A model generated the notes under the pieces. It saw only the letters and a list, made by a program, of their open reading frames with translations. It did no database searches and had not been told where the DNA came from. From a virus (taxonomy: Duplodnaviria; Caudoviricetes), in the IMG/VR virus record IMGVR_UViG_3300006802_000519, positions 1-24,905 of that record: a stretch of DNA of 24,905 nucleotides. One strand, given 5' to 3'. Position numbers and translations under genes: made by a program. This document shows positions 23,788 through 24,905 of the stretch, piece after piece; the stretch's first letter is position 1; each line of letters opens with the position of its first letter.

Positions 23788-24273
23788 TTAGGATTCTTCT
23801 GACAAGATCTTTGTCCACACACCCATCGATGCTTCCTGGAGGGGGCCTTCGATGGGGTCGTCGCGGAAGATGGAAAGCATCTCACGCAAAGCTCTGTCTG
23901 CGCCAGCAAGGATCAAACCTTGTTTATCCATCAAGATCTTTTCATCGTTTAGTTGCTTAATTGAGCCACGGAGCTCTTTTTGCATCATCGCGATACGCGA
24001 GGTGCCCATGTCCTGTTTGACCATGCCCATGTCAATAGCATCTCGCAACTTGGCGATATCAGCTTGCATGGAATCAATCTCATCTTCCAGGATGGCATTA
24101 AAGTTCCTTTTCTTGTATTCCTGTTTCGACCACTCATCACACTCCACGATGGAACCTTTAAACCCGAGGAAACGGGCATAAAGATACATCTGAATTGGAG
24201 ACGGGGTTCGCTTACAGAAGGCAAGAAAGGATTCGCGGTCTTTGTCGGTTAAACCTTGAATCCACTTGATCAT
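23788..24273 (-). CDS. Putative terminase small subunit
   Basis: 161 aa helical/coiled-coil protein immediately upstream of terL. Positional inference only. Confidence 0.5.
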   Translation of the reverse strand: MIKWIQGLTDKDRESFLAFCKRTPSPIQMYLYARFLGFKGSIVECDEWSKQEYKKRNFNAILEDEIDSMQADIAKLRDAIDMGMVKQDMGTSRIAMMQKELRGSIKQLNDEKILMDKQGLILAGADRALREMLSIFRDDPIEGPLQEASMGVWTKILSEES

Positions 24274-24905
24274 ACTTGTCTGGCGGCCGTCTGGGCTTGC
24301 TCATAATCTCTGTTCTCTTTATAGCGCCGGAACATCTCCTGTTGCAAGTCGGTTAACCGTTGTTGCGTACCAGTTGTTTCAATTCCCTTGCGGCTCTCTT
24401 CTCCTGTTGTACGAATAAGTCCGGTTTCGCCAGCATACCGTTGTGCTTGAGTAAGACGTTGCTGTTCACCAGTCGTTGCAATAGACTTGCGCTCTTGTTC
24501 TCCACTGGCCACAATATTCGCTCTGCTTTGCACACCTTGCTCGGCAATATTGAATCGTTCTTCTTTGCCGGTTGCTCTTGCTACGTCAAGAGTCCTAGAG
24601 AGATTCGAATCATTGAGGCGTTCTTCTAAGTCTGCAGCAAACGTCAGATTGCGTTGATTCGTCTCAATTGCTAAATCATTAATCGCCATCATGGTTTGAA
24701 GAGTTTGCGTGGCTCGCCTCAGTACCCTTACTCCCGCTCCTCCCTTGCCTCTATTACTCGAACCGCCAGCCATCCGAGATGAAGCACCTCCAGAAGACCT
24801 GCTGCCTCCGGAAGACCTGCTGCCTCCGGAAGACCTGCTGCCTCCGGAAGACCTGCTGCCTCCGGAAGACCTGCTGCCTCCGGAAGACCTGCTGCCTCCA
24901 GAAGA
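24270..24905 (-). CDS. Repeat-rich putative internal virion protein (5'-truncated)
   Basis: The frame of ORF 24270..24773 stays open to the window edge through (SSGGSR)n. 11-residue xxGEQxRxxxx repeats near the C-terminus. Confidence 0.7.
   Translation of the reverse strand, partial: SSGGSRSSGGSRSSGGSRSSGGSRSSGGSRSSGGSRSSGGASSRMAGGSSNRGKGGAGVRVLRRATQTLQTMMAINDLAIETNQRNLTFAADLEERLNDSNLSRTLDVARATGKEERFNIAEQGVQSRANIVASGEQERKSIATTGEQQRLTQAQRYAGETGLIRTTGEESRKGIETTGTQQRLTDLQQEMFRRYKENRDYEQAQTAARQV
24789..24905. repeat. 18-bp tandem repeat, about 6.5 copies, cut by the window edge
   Basis: Unit tcc(a/g)gaagacctgctgcc. Encodes SSGGSR on the minus strand. Confidence 0.97.

Noticed and set aside
21212-23802. 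Several 60-204 aa alternative-frame and antisense ORFs inside terL and portal
   Set aside because: No motifs or RBS, and they are fully nested in well-supported conserved genes.
24789-24905. CRISPR array
   Set aside because: Head-to-tail 18-bp units with no spacers; in-frame coding repeat.
1-24905. Stop-codon reassignment
   Set aside because: Genes are full-length and densely packed under the standard code, TAA, TAG and TGA all end genes, and no suppressor tRNA is present.

Overview
This window is a 24.9-kb segment of a tailed dsDNA phage genome. It is most likely a cyanophage, inferred from the cyanobacterial-type endolysin module, -10-only promoters and small basic ORFs. It covers the packaging, head, tail and lysis region and is almost entirely encoded on the minus strand. 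Reading right to left: a repeat-rich virion protein (5'-truncated), putative TerS, TerL, an AbrB/MazE-like protein, the portal (overlapping the putative scaffold gene by 527 nt) and two small proteins. Next is a major capsid gene split by a 1144-nt group I intron carrying an antisense LAGLIDADG endonuclease. It is followed by a putative minor capsid protein, an HhH protein, a head-tail adaptor, and two cell-wall hydrolases (a lytic transglycosylase and an apparently circularly permuted M23 peptidase) that share a near-identical C-terminal tag. Further left are tail and tail-fibre genes, a GH24+C39 endolysin, two abutting plus-strand tRNAs (Leu-UAA, Pro-UGG), an HNH nuclease, a Dps and a truncated tail-fibre gene. 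All calls come from reading motifs by eye; no database searches were run.
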